Origin: Mobula birostris
Taxonomy: Eukaryota
Direction: 5' to 3'
NCBI RefSeq assembly: GCF_030028105.1
Contig: NC_092384.1
Location: 3,515,665-3,579,664, forward strand
Length of the DNA stretch: 64,000 bases
In this document: positions 40,632 to 55,700 of the stretch, one piece after another
Layout: every line of letters begins with the position of its first letter
How positions within the stretch are numbered: position 1 is the stretch's first letter
Translations under genes and position numbers: made by a program
The notes under the pieces: generated by a model
The model's database searches: none
Told to the model about the DNA's origin: nothing
What the model saw: only the letters and a program-made list of their open reading frames with translations

Positions 40632-40799
40632 TCAATAGCTATATGTTGCTGTTTTCGTTTCCATATTTCTCGCCTCTTCCTTTATCTTTATTCCAGCATA
40701 CTCGATCTCATGAGTCTTCTGCACTCTTCCTGCGTTTTTCTGAGAAGCGGCGAGATCCACACGTGCATACATAAGTGTATCTTCAGTTCCTTGCATGAT
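40632..40799 (-). CDS. Gene B exon 6, terminal ITIM exon IMQGTEDTLMYARVDLAASQKNAGRVQKTHEIEYAGIKIKEEARNMETKTATYSY*
   Basis: Not in the ORF track. Acceptor tgattgtttccatag|, phase 0. Motifs LMYARV (40775-40758) and IEYAGI (40706-40689) fit the ITIM consensus (I/V/L/S)xYxx(L/V/I). It lies in a non-repetitive island between TEs. Confidence 0.85.
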   Translation of the reverse strand: MMQGTEDTLMYARVDLAASQKNAGRVQKTHEIEYAGIKIKEEARNMETKTATYSY

Positions 40800-43700
40800 C
40801 TATGGAAACAATCATTAGAGATAAGGAGCTTCTGATCCACTATTTTTGAAACCTAATTTAGTCCAAAAGACCAAAAGACAAAGGAGCAGAAGTCGGCCAT
40901 ACGGCCCATCGAGTCTGCTCCGCCATTTTATCATAGCTGACCGATTCTCCCATTGAGTCCCATTCCCCCGCCTTCTCACCATTGATGCCCTGGCTACTCA
41001 CATACCTATCAATCTCTGCCTTAAATACACCCAATGCCTTGGCTTCCACTGTTGCCCAAGGCAACAAATTCCATAGATTCACCACCCTCTGACTAAAAAA
41101 AAAATTCGCATCTCTGTTCTGAATGGGCGCCCTTCAATCCTTAAGTCATGCCCTCTCGTACTAGACTCCCCCATCATGGGAAACATCTTTGCCACATCCA
41201 CTCTGGCCATGCCTTTCAACATTCGAAATGCTTCAATGAGGTCTCCCCTCATCCTTCTAAACTCCAAGGAATACAGTCCAAGAGCGGACAAACATTCCTC
41301 ATATGTTAACCCTCTCATGCCAGGAATCATTCTACTGAATCTTCTCTGTACCCTCTCCAACGTCAGCACATCCTATCTTAAATAAGGAGACCAGAACTGC
41401 CAACAGTGATCCAAGTGAGGTCTCATCACCGCCTTATAGAGCCTCGCATCACATCCCTGCTCCTATACTCTATTCCTCTGGAAATGCATGCCAACATTGC
41501 ATTCGCCTTCTTCACCACTGACTCAACCTGGAGGTTACCCTTAAGGGTATCCTTTACGAGGATGCCCAAGTCCCGTTGCATCTCCGAATGTTCAATTCTT
41601 TCCCCACTTAATTAATAGTGTACCCGTTTTTTTTTTCTGCCAAAGTGCATAACCATACACTTTCCAACACTGTATTTCATTTAGCACGTCTTTGCCCATT
41701 CTTCCAATCTATCCAAGTGTCACTGCAGACTCCCCGTTTCCTCGGCAGTTCCGGCCCCTCCACCTATCTTCGTATCGTCAGCAAACTTAGCCAGAAAACC
41801 ATTTATTCCATAATCCAAATCGTTGATATACAATATAAAAAGAAACGGCCCCAACTCAGACCCCTGTGGAACACCACTGGTAATCGGCAGCCAACCAGAC
41901 CAACCAGAATAGGATCCCTTTATTCCCACTCTCTGTTTCCTGCCAATCAGACAACGCTCTATCCAACGTATGTAAATTTCCCGTAATTCCATGCGCGCTT
42001 TTCTTGTTAAGTAGCCTCATGTGTGGCACCTTGTCAAAGGCCTTCTGAAAATCCAAATATACAACATCTACTGCATCTCCCTTGTCTAGCCTACTGGGAA
42101 TTTCCTCAAAAAAATTGTAATAGGTTTGTCAGGCAGGCTTTTCCTTTAAGGAATCCATGCTGAGTTCTGCCTATCTTGTCATATGCCTCCAGGTACTCTG
42201 TAACCTCATCCTTGACAATCGACTCCAACAACTTCCCAACCACAGATGTCAAGCGAACAGGTCTATAATTTCCATTTTGCTTCCTTACCCGATTCTTGAA
42301 TAGCGGAGTGACATTTGCAGTCTTCCAGTCCTCCGGAACCATGCCGGAATCGATTGACTTTTGATAGATCAACGCTAATACCTCCGCAATCTCCACAGTT
42401 ACTTAAGAACACGAGGGTGTATTCCATCTTGTCTGGAAAATTTATCTAGCTTTGGACTATTCAGCTTCATGAGTACTTTCTCTGTCGTAATTGTGACTGC
42501 GCACACTTTTCTTCCCTGCGACCCTTGAGGGTCCAGTATGGTGCTGATGCATTCCTCAGTGAAGACTGATGCAAAATACTCGTTCAGTTCCTCCGCCATC
42601 TCCTTAACTCCGATTACAATTTCTCCAGCATCATTTTCCATCGGTCTTATATCTACTCTCACCCGTCTTTTGCTCTTTATATACTTGAAAAACCCTTTAG
42701 TATCCTCTTTTGATATTATTTGCTAACTTCCTTTCTTAGTAAATCTTTTCCCTCTTAATGACCTTCTTAGTTTCATAGAAACATAGAAAATAGGTGCAGG
42801 AGTAGGCCATTCGGCCCTTCGACCCTCACCGCCATTTATTATGATCATGGCTGATCATCCAACTCAGAACTCTGCTCCAGCTTTCCCTCCATACCCCCCA
42901 TCCCCGTAGCCACAAGGGCCATATCTAACTCCCTCTTAAATATAGCCAATGAACTGGCCTCAACTGTTTCCTTTGGCAGGTCACCCAGGTCTCCTTGCAC
43001 CTCCCCTTTTCCTAATCGGCCACCATTCAGATAATAATCTGTTTTCCTATTTTTGCCACCAAAGTGGATAACTTCACATTTATCCACATTAAATTGCATC
43101 TGCCATGAATTTGCCCATTCACCCAACCTATCCAAGTCACTCTGCATCCTCTTAGCATCCTCCTCACAGCTAACACTGCCACCCAGCTTCGTGTCATCCG
43201 CAAACTTGGAGATGCTGCATTTAATTCCCTCATCCAAGTCATTAATATATATTGTAAACAACTGGGGTCCCAGCACTGAGCCTTGCGGTACCCCACTAGT
43301 CACCGCCTGCCATTCTGAAAAGGTCCCGTTTATTCCCACTCTTTGCTTCCTGTCTGCTAACCAATTCTCTATCCGCATCAATACCTTACCCCCAATACCG
43401 TGTGCTTTAAGTTTGCACACTAATCTCCTGTGTGGGACCTTGTCAAAAGCCTTTTGAAAATCCAAATATACCACATCCACTGGTTCCCCCCTTCCACTCT
43501 ACTAGTTACATCCTCAAAAAATTCCATGAGATTCGTCAGACATGATTTTCCTTTCACAAATCCATGTTGACTTTGTCCGATGATTTCACCGCTTTCCAAA
43601 TGTGCTGTTATCACATCTTTGATAACTGACTCCAGCAGTTTCCCCACCACCGACGTCAGGCTAACCGATCTATAATTCCCCGGTTTCTCTCTCGCTCCTT

Positions 43701-46700
43701 TTTTAAAAAGTGGGGTTACATTAGCCACCCTCCAATCCTCAGGAACTAGTCCAGAATCTAACGACTTTTGAAAAATTATCACTAATGCATCCACTATTCC
43801 TTGGGCTACTTCCTTAAGCACTCTGGGATGCAGACCATCTGGCCCTGGGGATTTATCTGCCTTTAATCCCTTCAATTTACCTAACAGCACTTCCCTACTA
43901 ACATGTATTTCGCTCAGTTCCTCCATCTCACTGGACCCTCTGTCCCCTACTATTTCTGGAAGATTATTTATGTCCTCCTTAGTGAAGACAGAACCAAAGT
44001 AATTAGTCAATTAGTCTGCCATGTCCTTGCTCCCCATAATCAATTCACCTGTTTCTGTCTGTATGGGACCTACATTTGTCTTTACTAGTCTTTTCCTTTT
44101 TACATATCTATAATAGCTTTTACAGTCAGTTTTTATGTTCCCTGCCAGTTTTCTCTCATAATTTTTTTCCCCTTCCTAATTAAGCCCTTTGTCCTCCTCT
44201 GCTGAACTCTGAATTACTCCCAGTCCTCAGGTGAGCCACTTTTTCTGGCGAATTTGTATGCTTCTTCTTTCCTTTTGTAAGGTTTTAGAAACTTCCCAAT
44301 CCTCTGTCTTCCCACTAACTTTTGCTTCCTTGTATGCCCTCTCCTTTGCTTTAACTTTGGCTTTGACTTCTCTTGTCAACCACGGCTGAATCCTTTTTCC
44401 ATTCGAAAATTTATTCTTTTTTGGAATATACCCGTCTTGTACCTCCCTCACTTCTCGCATAAACTCCAGCCACCGCTGCTCTGCCGTCTTTTCCGCCAGT
44501 CTCCCTTTCCAGTCAACTTTGACCATTTCCTCTCTCATGCCACTGTAATTTCCTTTACACCACTGAAATACCGACACATCAGATTTCGGCTTCTCTTTTT
44601 CAAATTTCACAGTGAATTCAATCATGTTATGATCACTGCCTCCTATGGGTTCCTTCACCTCAATCTCTCTAATCACCCCCGGTTCATTACACAATACCCA
44701 ATCCAGTACCACCGATCCCCTTGTGGGCTCAACAACAAGCTCTTCTAAAAAGCCATCTCGCAGATATTCTACAAATTCTCTCTTGAGATCCAATGGCGAC
44801 CTGATTTTCTGAATCCATTCGCATCTTAAAATGCTCCACAATTATCATAACACCGCCCTTCTGACAAGCCTTGTCTATTTCTTGTTGTAATTTGTAGTCC
44901 ACATGACTGCAGCTGTTTGGAGGCCTATAAATAACTGCCCTCAGGCTCCTTTTACCCCTGCGATTTCTTAGCTCAACACATAAAGATTCTTCACCTTCCG
45001 ATCCTATATCACCTGTTTCTAATGATTTAATTTCATTTTTACCAAAAAAGCCACGCCTCCCCCTCTGCCTACCTTCCTATTCTTCCAATACACCGTGTAT
45101 CCTTGGACGTTCAGCTGCCAGAGACATGCATCCTTTAGCCACGTCTCATTGATGGCCACAGTATCATACTTGCCAATCTGTAGCTGTACAACAAGATCAT
45201 CCACCTTATTCCTTATGCTGCGTGTATTTAAGTATAACAGCTTAAGACCAGTATTTGGTACTTTTCGCTTTGATTTCACTGCAACTTTATTGCATTGTAA
45301 ATCATCCCAATGGTTACAAATTTGCCCCATCACATGCCTGTCTTTCCTGAGATATTTACTGCTCGTTATCTGAGATTTAGTTCTGTTTTCCCCTTCCTCC
45401 ACTCTGTCATTCCGTTTCCCATCCCCCTGCGAAATTAGTGTAAACCCTCCCTAACAACTCTGTTAAACTTACCCGGCAGGATATTGGTCCCCTTCGGGTT
45501 CAGGTGTTACCTGTCCTTTTTGAACAGGTCATACTTCCCCCATAAGAGGTCCCAATTATCCAAGAATCTGAAGCCCTGCCCCCTGCCCCAGTCTCTCAGC
45601 CACGCATTCATCTGCCAGATCCCACTATTCTTGGCCTCGCTAGCACGTGGCACAGTTAGCAATCCCGATATTGCTGGGGCAAGTTTTGAGTAGTCAAGGT
45701 ATTTATAAAGTTTTAAAATTTGCATCACCTGGCCTTTCCAAACGATGATTGTGAACAGGCCATAGCCCTAACAAGCTAATTAAGGTATGAGACTTGGTAA
45801 AAATAATCTAAAAGCTCAAATCTCTTGGGGTGCCCAAATTTTGCATGGTTCTCCTTTCCTTTTTTTCAATCTAAAATTGTACAAAACAAAAATAATACTC
45901 TTAACTTGCTTACAATGTAGAAAAGAATGTTTCATATTTAACTTTAGGACTTTTGGAGATCAGTTCATCTTCTACTCACTTAACTATACGCAGTAACAGA
46001 AATTTTGGCCGGGGTGCTGAAACCTTCGCATACCACTGCACTAGCTACTGTCCTAAACTTTATTTTGTTAGGACGAATGCCCAATTAGAAAATGACGGGC
46101 CTCAGGTAAAATGATTCACGCAGGACCGGTCTGATTAATTAAAATATCAAATGCAGTATCTTGGGGAGCTTAAGGAATTCCTGAATAAGACCAGAAGACC
46201 ATAATACATAGGAGCAGAATTAAGCCATATGGCCCATCGAGTTTGCTCTGCCATTCAACCATGCCTAATACTTTATTTTCTTCTCCTCAACTCCAGTTCC
46301 CGACATCTTCTCGTCATCTTTAATGCTATGTTCAATCAGAGCCTATCTGTCTCTGCCTTAATTACACCCAATGAATTGGCCTACACAGCGATATGTGGCA
46401 TCAAATTCCACAAATTCACAACTTTTTGTTTAAAAAAAAAGTCTCTGCATCTCTGCTTTGAAAGGGCGCCCCTCTTTCCTGAGCCTCTGCTATCTTGTCC
46501 GAGATTCTCCGACCATGGAAAACATCCTTTCCAAAGCTACCCTCTCTAGGTCATTCAACATTCGAAAGGGTTCAATGAGATCCCCCTCAGCCGTTTGAAT
46601 TCCAGCAAGTGCATATGCGGAGCCATCAACCTTTCCTTGTGTGATACAGCTTTCATTCCTGGAATCGTCCTTGTGAAACTCCTCTGAATAAATAAATCGC

Positions 46701-49700
46701 TGAAGATGCTGCACTACATAAGTCAAAGATACAGAACAAAAATGAGCACTGCTTTTCTGGAACATAAGGTGTTATATGCAAAGTGACAGTCATTCTGTTG
46801 CTCTAATTATGTGCTCCTGATAATGGGTGTATGTACAACATATGCTGCGGATATTCTACGAGTCTGTGGTGTCCAGTGCTATCATCTGTTGCTGTTGTGC
46901 GCTGGGGCAGCTGGCTGCGGGTAGCAGACACCAACAGAATCAAGAAACTCATTCGTAAGGCCAGTGATGTTGTGGGGATGGAACTGGACTCTCTCACGGT
47001 GGTGTCTGAAAGCAGGATGCTGTCTAAGTTGCATACCATCTTGGTCAATGTCTCCTATTCACTACATAATGTACTGGATGGGCACAGGAGTACATTCAGC
47101 CAGTGACTCATTCCACCGAGATGCAGCACTGAGCGTCATAGGAAGTCATTCCTGCCTGTGGCCAGCAAAATTTACAACTCCTCCCTTGGAGGGTCAGACA
47201 CCCTGAGCCAATAGGCTGGTCCTGGACTTATTTCTTAATTTACTGGCATAAATTACATATTACTGTTTAACTATTTATGGGTCCATTACTATTTATTATT
47301 TATGGTGCAACTGTAACGAAAACCAATTTCCCCCGGGATCAATAAAGTATGACTATGACTATATATAAACCCCTATATATGTCATAATAATATTAATCTT
47401 ACCTGATTTTCCAGGTAGCGACTTAAGTTCTCATCATTTTCGGCTACAACTGGAGGAAATAAAAAGTGACCAATTTCATCCTCAGCTTGTGAACTGCTGC
47501 ACCGAATGTTATTGAATATTCCAAAAGCAACCAGATCGGTTCGAAATAGGCCAGTGATCTGATGCAATTCTTGTCATTTTATCAAACCACCCAATGATGA
47601 TATTACTGATGATAAAAATTGACCTAGTGTATGCGTAGAATTGTTCAAACTATGTTCTCCTGCGCAACAAACATTCTAAATTTGTAACACTAGTTGCAGA
47701 GTTAACAATATTTTTTTTAGTTGTTACAAAATTCAGTAACATCGAGTAAAATGCGTTTTAAATCTTGTTCTGCACACAACACTCAGCTGTCAGATAGACT
47801 CTCAAGCATATCTACTCAAACCTATATTTTAACATGAATGTTTTATCCTTCTCACTGCCATTTCAACTCCAATATGCTCGTGAAACTAAATATGGGCCAG
47901 GGCAATGTAACGTCTTACCTTCAGTCCTGTCTACTCTGCAGCATCTGATAAGTAACAACAGCGCTAGGATAATGACTCCGCATGCTGCAAGCGCACCCGT
48001 CAGGATCAAGATGAACTGGTATCTGCTTTCTGAGGTGTGCAATAGAAGTCAAATATTAGCATTTTACGGAGATTAAACAATTGAATCACGTGTACTGCGG
48101 ACGTAAAGAATCCGATCCGTACTTTCTCTCGCATCTTGACCACATTGCCTTCGTAGTAAATCGCAAATTGAAATAAAACGTGGATTATGCGTAGGGCATT
48201 AATAAGTAATTATATCAATATTTAATCCAGCTTATTTTCATCAGTAATTCTGTATTCTTGAGGAAGTTGATAAGGCATGGATTGAAGCGAGGGCTGGCAA
48301 ACATACACAAGCGAACTCAGGTCAAAGAATATGATGATGCAAAACGGAATTTCTAGGTCGAGTTGTGAATTGTGCCGGCAAAATTTAGCAGATACGAACT
48401 CTGATATAATAGGCAGGCAGGCTAATATAAGGTGTAGCAGCTTGGTGTGCAGAATTAGGGATATCAATATGTTGTTTTAAACCAGATGAAGGGAAAAGCA
48501 GCTTACATTTATTTATAGTATCATGTCAGGGCAGGTTGCGAAGATGCTAGTAAGGCTTATGCCATTCGTCGGCACAAATGTGGAATCTGAAAGAAGTGAA
48601 GTCATGCCGCATTTTTATTGAACTATGGTCTGGGATATTGTGATATTGTGTTCAATTAGAGTAAGATTGTGACGCGTTAGAGAGGATCCACGAAAGTCTA
48701 TTTCTGTTAGAGATGCTGTCGAAACTGCATGCATTCTTCACTTTGCTCAGTCGTGGAGAAGATAACTGAAGACTCACACACACCGATTATGAAACATTCT
48801 GTTTCTTTACGGGAACATTTTTGTACTACTGATTTATATATGTAACTTATAGTAGGTCGATGACTGCATTGTACTGCTGTCAAACAACAACAAATTTCAG
48901 GTCATGCAATTCAGTGATCAGAAAATTCGGTGAATCTGATCGTGCAAAGTGGAGATCAGATAAAATTACATAAGAGGGCAAGTCTGCATTGCTGATAACA
49001 AGGATTTAGAAAGACAGGATCTGCAAAAGTCAAGGAGTTACGCCATTTATTTTTGCATATTATTCCTTGAAGCAGGAAACAGCAGCAGTATAATATGATA
49101 TCTAACTCTTCTTTGTATAGCCAATGCCTTACATTTCGCTTTCCCCCTTTGAATATGCTCGCTTCATCACTGTTTGTGAGGAATTGATAAATACCAGACA
49201 TAAAACATGTGGTTAAGAATATAAGCCTCTTACCCAATATGATTCTATATGACTCGGAAGCTGGCTCCTTCATAGATTCATGGAACACCTGGCAAGTATA
49301 AACATACCCACTTTCTGTTACATTGAGGGAGCTTGAAACGAGATATAATCCCTCCTCGTTCTGCATTCGTGTGGTATGCATTCCTGAAGTGATTTTGATT
49401 TCATTTTTATACCATATGAGCTCATAGTCCTTCGGGAAAAAAGCAGCAGTTGTGCACGTCAGAGTCACGGAAGGAGCGTTTACTTCGGTGATTTTCAACG
49501 GAGTCGGCGGAACTGCAAATGATTAAAAAAAAGAAGAGAGCTAGAATCTCTAAGCGCGCATTTATCAGAGAAAATAATCGCCGACAGAAAAGTACTCTTC
49601 ACAACCGGGAACGTTAATCTGAATTTAATTTGAAAACATTAATCCCAAATCAAGCAGGTTAAACATTTCTGCATGACGTTTTATGCAGCGATATACATTT

Positions 49701-52700
49701 TCGTTAGTTGTTTTTTTTCTTTGAATAGAACACTTTCAACTCAGGTGAACGTATCACGGAGAACTTACATAAAACCTTTCCGTGTTACTCTTTAACTCCG
49801 TGACCACTATTTATTTCTCCTTATTCCACATGCAAAAAGCTGCAATAAGATTAGTTTGTTTTTTTTGTAAATTTGTCTAATCTTAAATCAACATTTTATA
49901 AATGATTGTATTTGCATTGTGAGAACGTTCTGCACGATCTATAATGTGTTGTGCTATAAAGCATTTCGATTAGGTCCTCGTAATTCTTCTCATATTCTAT
50001 ATGTCGTAATGGTTATACGCCGAAACAACAGAATCTCACTACATATTACACAAACAAATGACTTATTTTTGCAAATACTGAATTCAGTTTGAATCCCATT
50101 ATATCTTCCATCGACTCGTCATACCGATTGAAAATATATACACGTTTAGTCACATCAATTACCTTACAGAGTGTTGCATATAAAAATAATTTGAAGGTAC
50201 AGAAGACCTATTTTAGCTAACGTATGCAATTAAATTTATCGTGAGTTTTAATCTAATTTTGTTGTTATCAAGTGTTGACTTGTATTGTATCGGATCCTGC
50301 CTAATAATTATTTCATTCTCCTTTATACTTGTGTACAGGAAATTACATGAAGCAATCTTGAATCTTGAATTTGGGACCTTCACTGCAGATACCAGTTCCA
50401 CATCTCGGATTGGTAGTGGTTCCACAGACCAATCAGGTGTGCGAGATTGAGTCAAAACAAAGCGGGAAGAGTTGATAACAAAACGCAGCTTAACTACTTT
50501 TGGAGAAACTTAACGGAAGGACGTTTTGAACGCAAGGTGGTCTACACTATCTAGTATGATTAACAGCCAAGATCTTACAGTGTAGAAGGACGTGCGAGAT
50601 TCTGATTACTGACGCAGTGCTGCAAAATGATGCAGTGAGTAATTTGTAATACCATTGAATGTGTTACTATCAAAAACAATGTAAGGAAAGAACGTTCAAT
50701 TCAGAAAGTAATTCATCAGCAATAGAAAAAACCAAGAAGCTTTTGTGAGAACAAATCTCCTTTTTGTACAGAGTGTAAATCCTACACTAGGTTTAGTGAG
50801 AAAAAGAGATCGTTTTATAAGCCGAAATAAAAAAGCCACTTTTAAATCAGGAATAAGTGTTGTATCAACTGTTCTGTAACTCGCTTAATAAAATGTTACT
50901 ATTTAGAGAGGATGGAATAATGATATCCATCTGAATGGACTGGAAGTGGAAATCAGTATATATGGAGGGGGCATGGAACTTGGGCGTGTTGCAATTGTTA
51001 GTTGAAATTAGTGCGGCACAACAGCATTCTGTATAATCGACAGACATTGAAATGTCAACTAATCAAATTCCTATAAGGGCCATAATTAAATCTCTCACTA
51101 TTCATCACACATACAATTGGTTATCCAACAATGCTCTAATCGGTGTCGCATTAAGACTGCTAATTCCAACATGTTTACCCGGAACAAACCTGTTTGCAAT
51201 ACGAAAAAATATCGTATAGCGATGTGCTCTATTTTCTACATTAAACTAGAACAACGCTTAAACAATAATTGAGAGTTCCATAGAGAGGATTGACATAAAC
51301 AGAACCCTTGTACCGTACGTGCCTAATCACTCAAAGTAGTGACACAGTTGGGAAATGTGGCGAAGAAGGCAGTTTGATATTCCTGCCTGCGTTGGTCAGG
51401 AATTGAGACGTCAGGCTGAAATTGCACAAGTCGTTGGCGAGAACATACTTGGGGTATTGTCCATGGTTCCCTTCACCTAGCCACAGCATAAATGTCATTA
51501 ATCTGGAATGAGTGCGTGCAGCACTGGCTCTGCAGGATTTCATTTACTTGGAGAATCTACGACTCTTTGTCAGCAGAGAAGGAGGTCGAAGAGTGCTCTG
51601 ATAGATGCTTATAAAGTTATAAGGACCAAGATAATGTGGATAGTCAAAGTCTTCTTCCCAGATTCTCGGTGTTTGCAACTAGAGGGATGGATTTAAAATG
51701 AATGGGCATAGGTTTAAATTGAACTTAAAAGGTATTTTTTTCTGCACACTTGGCAGTAGGTACATGAAATGACATGCACGAGGAAGTTGAGGAAGCGGGA
51801 TAAAATGATAATGCCAAAGAAAAAGAAACATTCAGACATGCGCATGAATAGAAAAAAAATGTGTTCAGGGATGTTGGGGTTTGTTCGGCATGTCAGATTT
51901 GGGTTGAGAAGTGTCCGTCTAGGTTGTATAAATCTATGACTCGTGTGAAAAAAAAATCAAGCTAATTTTGTGCATTTTAATAACCCTACAATTTTAGCGG
52001 TTAATTGGTTTCCTGCAGTTCTCTCCTGTCTGTCAACATGCAAGAAAAAACAACAATTTTTTTTCTAACACACTGAAAGATCATGGCCGATCTGCATTTT
52101 CACTTTCAAGTTGGAAGGTGAAATGTACAATGACTTTGTCGCCGGGGAGATATCATTCTGTTAAATCGGCTTGGAGAGGAAAGTGATCGTGGTTGGCAAT
52201 GGGAAATGAAACAAAACAGAATGAATGAAAACGAGCCAAAAAAACGTAAGTATTATTTCATGCCCAACCCTCCTGCTCTCCATGACAGGGTTTCTCTAGA
52301 TCTAGTTACGAAGAAGAAAAATACCCGATTTAAGAAGAAGCTACGTCAATAAACTTAATGATCCAAGCACAGCGTAGTGAGATTGTTCCGGTGTAGGTTA
52401 TTTAGCGACATTTAATGCCATTCTTTTAATAATGCCATGGAATAGAAACATAGAAACATAGAAAATAGTTGCAGGAGTAGGCCATTCGGGCCTTACAGCC
52501 TGCACCGCCATGCAGTATGATCATGGCTGATCATCCAACTCAGAACCCTGTACCTGCCTTCTCTCCATACCCCGATCCCTTTCCTCACCAGGGCCATATC
52601 TAACTCCCTACTAAATATAGCCAATGAACTGGCCTCAAATGTTTCCTGTGGCAGAGAATTCCACAGATTCACCACTCTCTGTGTGAAGAAGTTTTTCCTG

Positions 52701-55700
52701 ATCTCGGTCCTAAAAGGCTTTTCCTTTATCCTTAAACTGTGACCCGTCGTTCTGGACTTCCCCAATAGCGGAAACAATCTTCTTGCATCTAGCCTGTCCA
52801 ATCACTTTATGATTTTGTACGTTTCAATAAGAACCCCCTTCAATCTTCTAAATTCCAGCGAGTATAAGCCTAGTCGATCCAGTCTTTCATCATATGAAAG
52901 TCCTGCCATACCAGGAATCAATCTGGTGAACGTTCTTTGTACTCCTTCTATGGCAAGAATGTCTTTCCTCAGATTAGGGGACCAAAACTGCACACAGTAC
53001 ATAGAACATATAACGTAGAATAGTACAGCACAGTACAGGCCCTTCGACCCACAATGTTGTGCCGACACTCAAACCCTGCCTCCCATATAAGCCCCCACCT
53101 TAGATTCCTCCATATACCTGTCTAGTAGTCTCCCAAACTTCACCAATGTAACTGCCTCCACCACTGACTCAGGCAGTCCATTCCACGAACCAACCACTCT
53201 CTGAGTAAAACACCTTCCTGTAATATCCCCCTTGAGCTTCCCACCCCTTACCTTAAAGACATGTCCTCTTGTATAGAGCAGCGGTGCCCTGGGGAAGAGG
53301 CGCTGGCTGTCCACTCTATCTATTCCTCTTATTATCTTGGACACCTCTATCATGTCTCCTCTCATCCTCCTTCTCTCCAAAGAGTAAAGCCCTAGCTCCC
53401 TTAATCTCTGATCATAATGCATACTTTCTAAACCAGGCAGCATCCTGGTAAATCTCCTCTGTACCCTTTCCAATGCTTCCATATCCTTCCCATAGTGAGG
53501 TGACCAGAACTGGACACAATACTCCAAGCGTGGCCTGACCAGAGTTTTATGGAGCTGCATCATTACATCGCGGCTCTTAAACTCTATCCCTCGACTTATG
53601 AAAGTTAACACCCAATAAGCTTTCTTAACTACCCTATCCACCTGTGAGGTAACTTTCAGGGACCTGTGGAAATGTACCCCGAGATCCCTCTGCTCCTCCA
53701 CACTACCAAGTATCCTGCCATTTACTTTGTACTCTGCCTTGGAGTTTGTCCTTCCAAAGTGTACCACCTCACACTTCTCCGGGTTGAACTCCATCTGCCA
53801 TTTCTCAGCCCACTTCTGCATCCTATCACTGTCTCTCTGCAATCTTTGACAATCCTCTACACTATCTACAACACCACCAACCTTTGTGTCGTCTGCAATC
53901 TTGCCAACCCATCCTTCTACCACCACATCCAAGTCGCCAATAAAAATCACGAAAAGTAGAGGTCCCAGAACAGATCCTTGTGGGACACCACTAGTCACAA
54001 TCCTTCAATCTGAATGTGCTCCCTCCACCACCATCCTCTGCCTTCTGCAAGCAAGACAATTCTGAATCCACCTGATCGAACTTCCCTGGATCCCATGCCT
54101 TCTAAATTTCTGAATAAGCCTACCGTGTGGAACCTTGTCAAATGCCTTACTAAAATCCATATAGATCACATCCACTGCACTACCCTCATCTATATGCCTG
54201 GTCACCTCCTCAAAGAACTCTATCAGGCTTGTTAGACATGATCTGCCCTTCACAAAGCCATGCTGACTGTCCCTGATCAGACCATGAGTCACTAAATGCC
54301 TATAGATCCTATCTCTGAGAATCTTTTCCAACAGCTTTCCCACCACAGACGTAAGGCTCACTGGCCTATAATTGCCCAGACTATCTCTACTACCTTTTTT
54401 GAACAACATTCGCCTCCCTCCAATCCTCCGGTAACATTCCTGTGGACAACGCGGACGTAAAGATCCTTCCCAGAGGCTCAGCAATCTCTTCTCTCGCCTC
54501 GTGGAGCAGCCTGGGAAATATTACGTCAGGCCCCGGGGACTTATCTGTCCTAATGTATTTTAACAACTCCAACTCCTCCTCTCCCTTAATATCAGCATGC
54601 TCCAGAACATCAACCTCACTCATATTGTCCTCACCGTCATCAAGTTCCCTCTCATTGGTGAATAGCGAAGAGAAGTATTGATTGAGGACCTCGCTCACTT
54701 ACACAGCCTCCAGGTACATCTTCCCACCTTTATCTCTAATCGGTCGTACCTTAAGTCCTTTCATCCTTTTTTTCTTGACGTAATTGAAGAATGCCTTGGA
54801 GTTTTCCTTTACCCTCCTCGCCAAGGCCTTCTCATGCACACTTCTTGCTCTCCTCAGCCCCTTTTTAAGCTTCTTTCTTGTTTCCCTATATTCATCAATA
54901 GACCCAGCTGATTCTTGCTTCCTAAACCTCAAGTATGCTGCCTTCTTCCTCCTGACTAGATTTTCCACCTCACTTGTCACCCATGGTTCCTTCACCCTAC
55001 CATTCTTTATCTTTCTCACCGGGACAAATTTATCCCTTACATCCCGCAAGAGATCTCTAAACATCGACCACGTGTCCATAGTGCATTTCCCTGCAAAAAC
55101 ATCATCCCAATTCACACCCGCAAGTTGTAGCTTTATAGCCTCATAATTTGCCTTTCCCCAATTAAAAATGTTCCTGTCCTCTTTGATTCTATCCTTTTCC
55201 ATGATAATTATAAAGGCCAGGGATTGGTGTTCACTGTCCCGCAGATGGTCACCCACTGAGAGATCTGTGACCTGACCCGGTTCATGAACTAGTACTAGAT
55301 CTAGCATGGCATTCCCCCTGGTCGGCCTGTCCACATACTGTGACAGGAATCCATCCTGGACACACTTAACAAATTCTGTGCCATCTAAACCCTTGGAACT
55401 AATCAGGTGCCAATCAATATTAGGGAAGTTAAAGTCACCCATGGTAACAACCCTGTTATTTATGCACCTTTCCAAAATCTGCCTCCCAATCTACTCATCT
55501 GTATCTCTGCTGCTACCAGGGGGCCTATAGAATACCCCTAGTAGAGTAACTGCGCCCTTCCTGTTCCTGACTTCCACCCATATTGACTCAGAAGAAGATC
55601 CGCTACATTATCCATCCTTTCTGTAGCTGTAATAGTATCCCTGACAAGTAATGCGACCCCTCCTCCCGTTTTTCTGCCCTCTCTATCCCTTTTAAAGCAC

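Noticed and set aside
48222-48467. Hydrophobic ORF as a candidate TM exon
   Set aside because: No suitable splice sites and contains charged residues; the real TM exon is 47919-48029.
48956-49233. 92-codon read-through of the gene B C1 ORF
   Set aside because: Strong GTAAG donor at 49233 and a proper TM exon downstream; the extension has no recognisable features.
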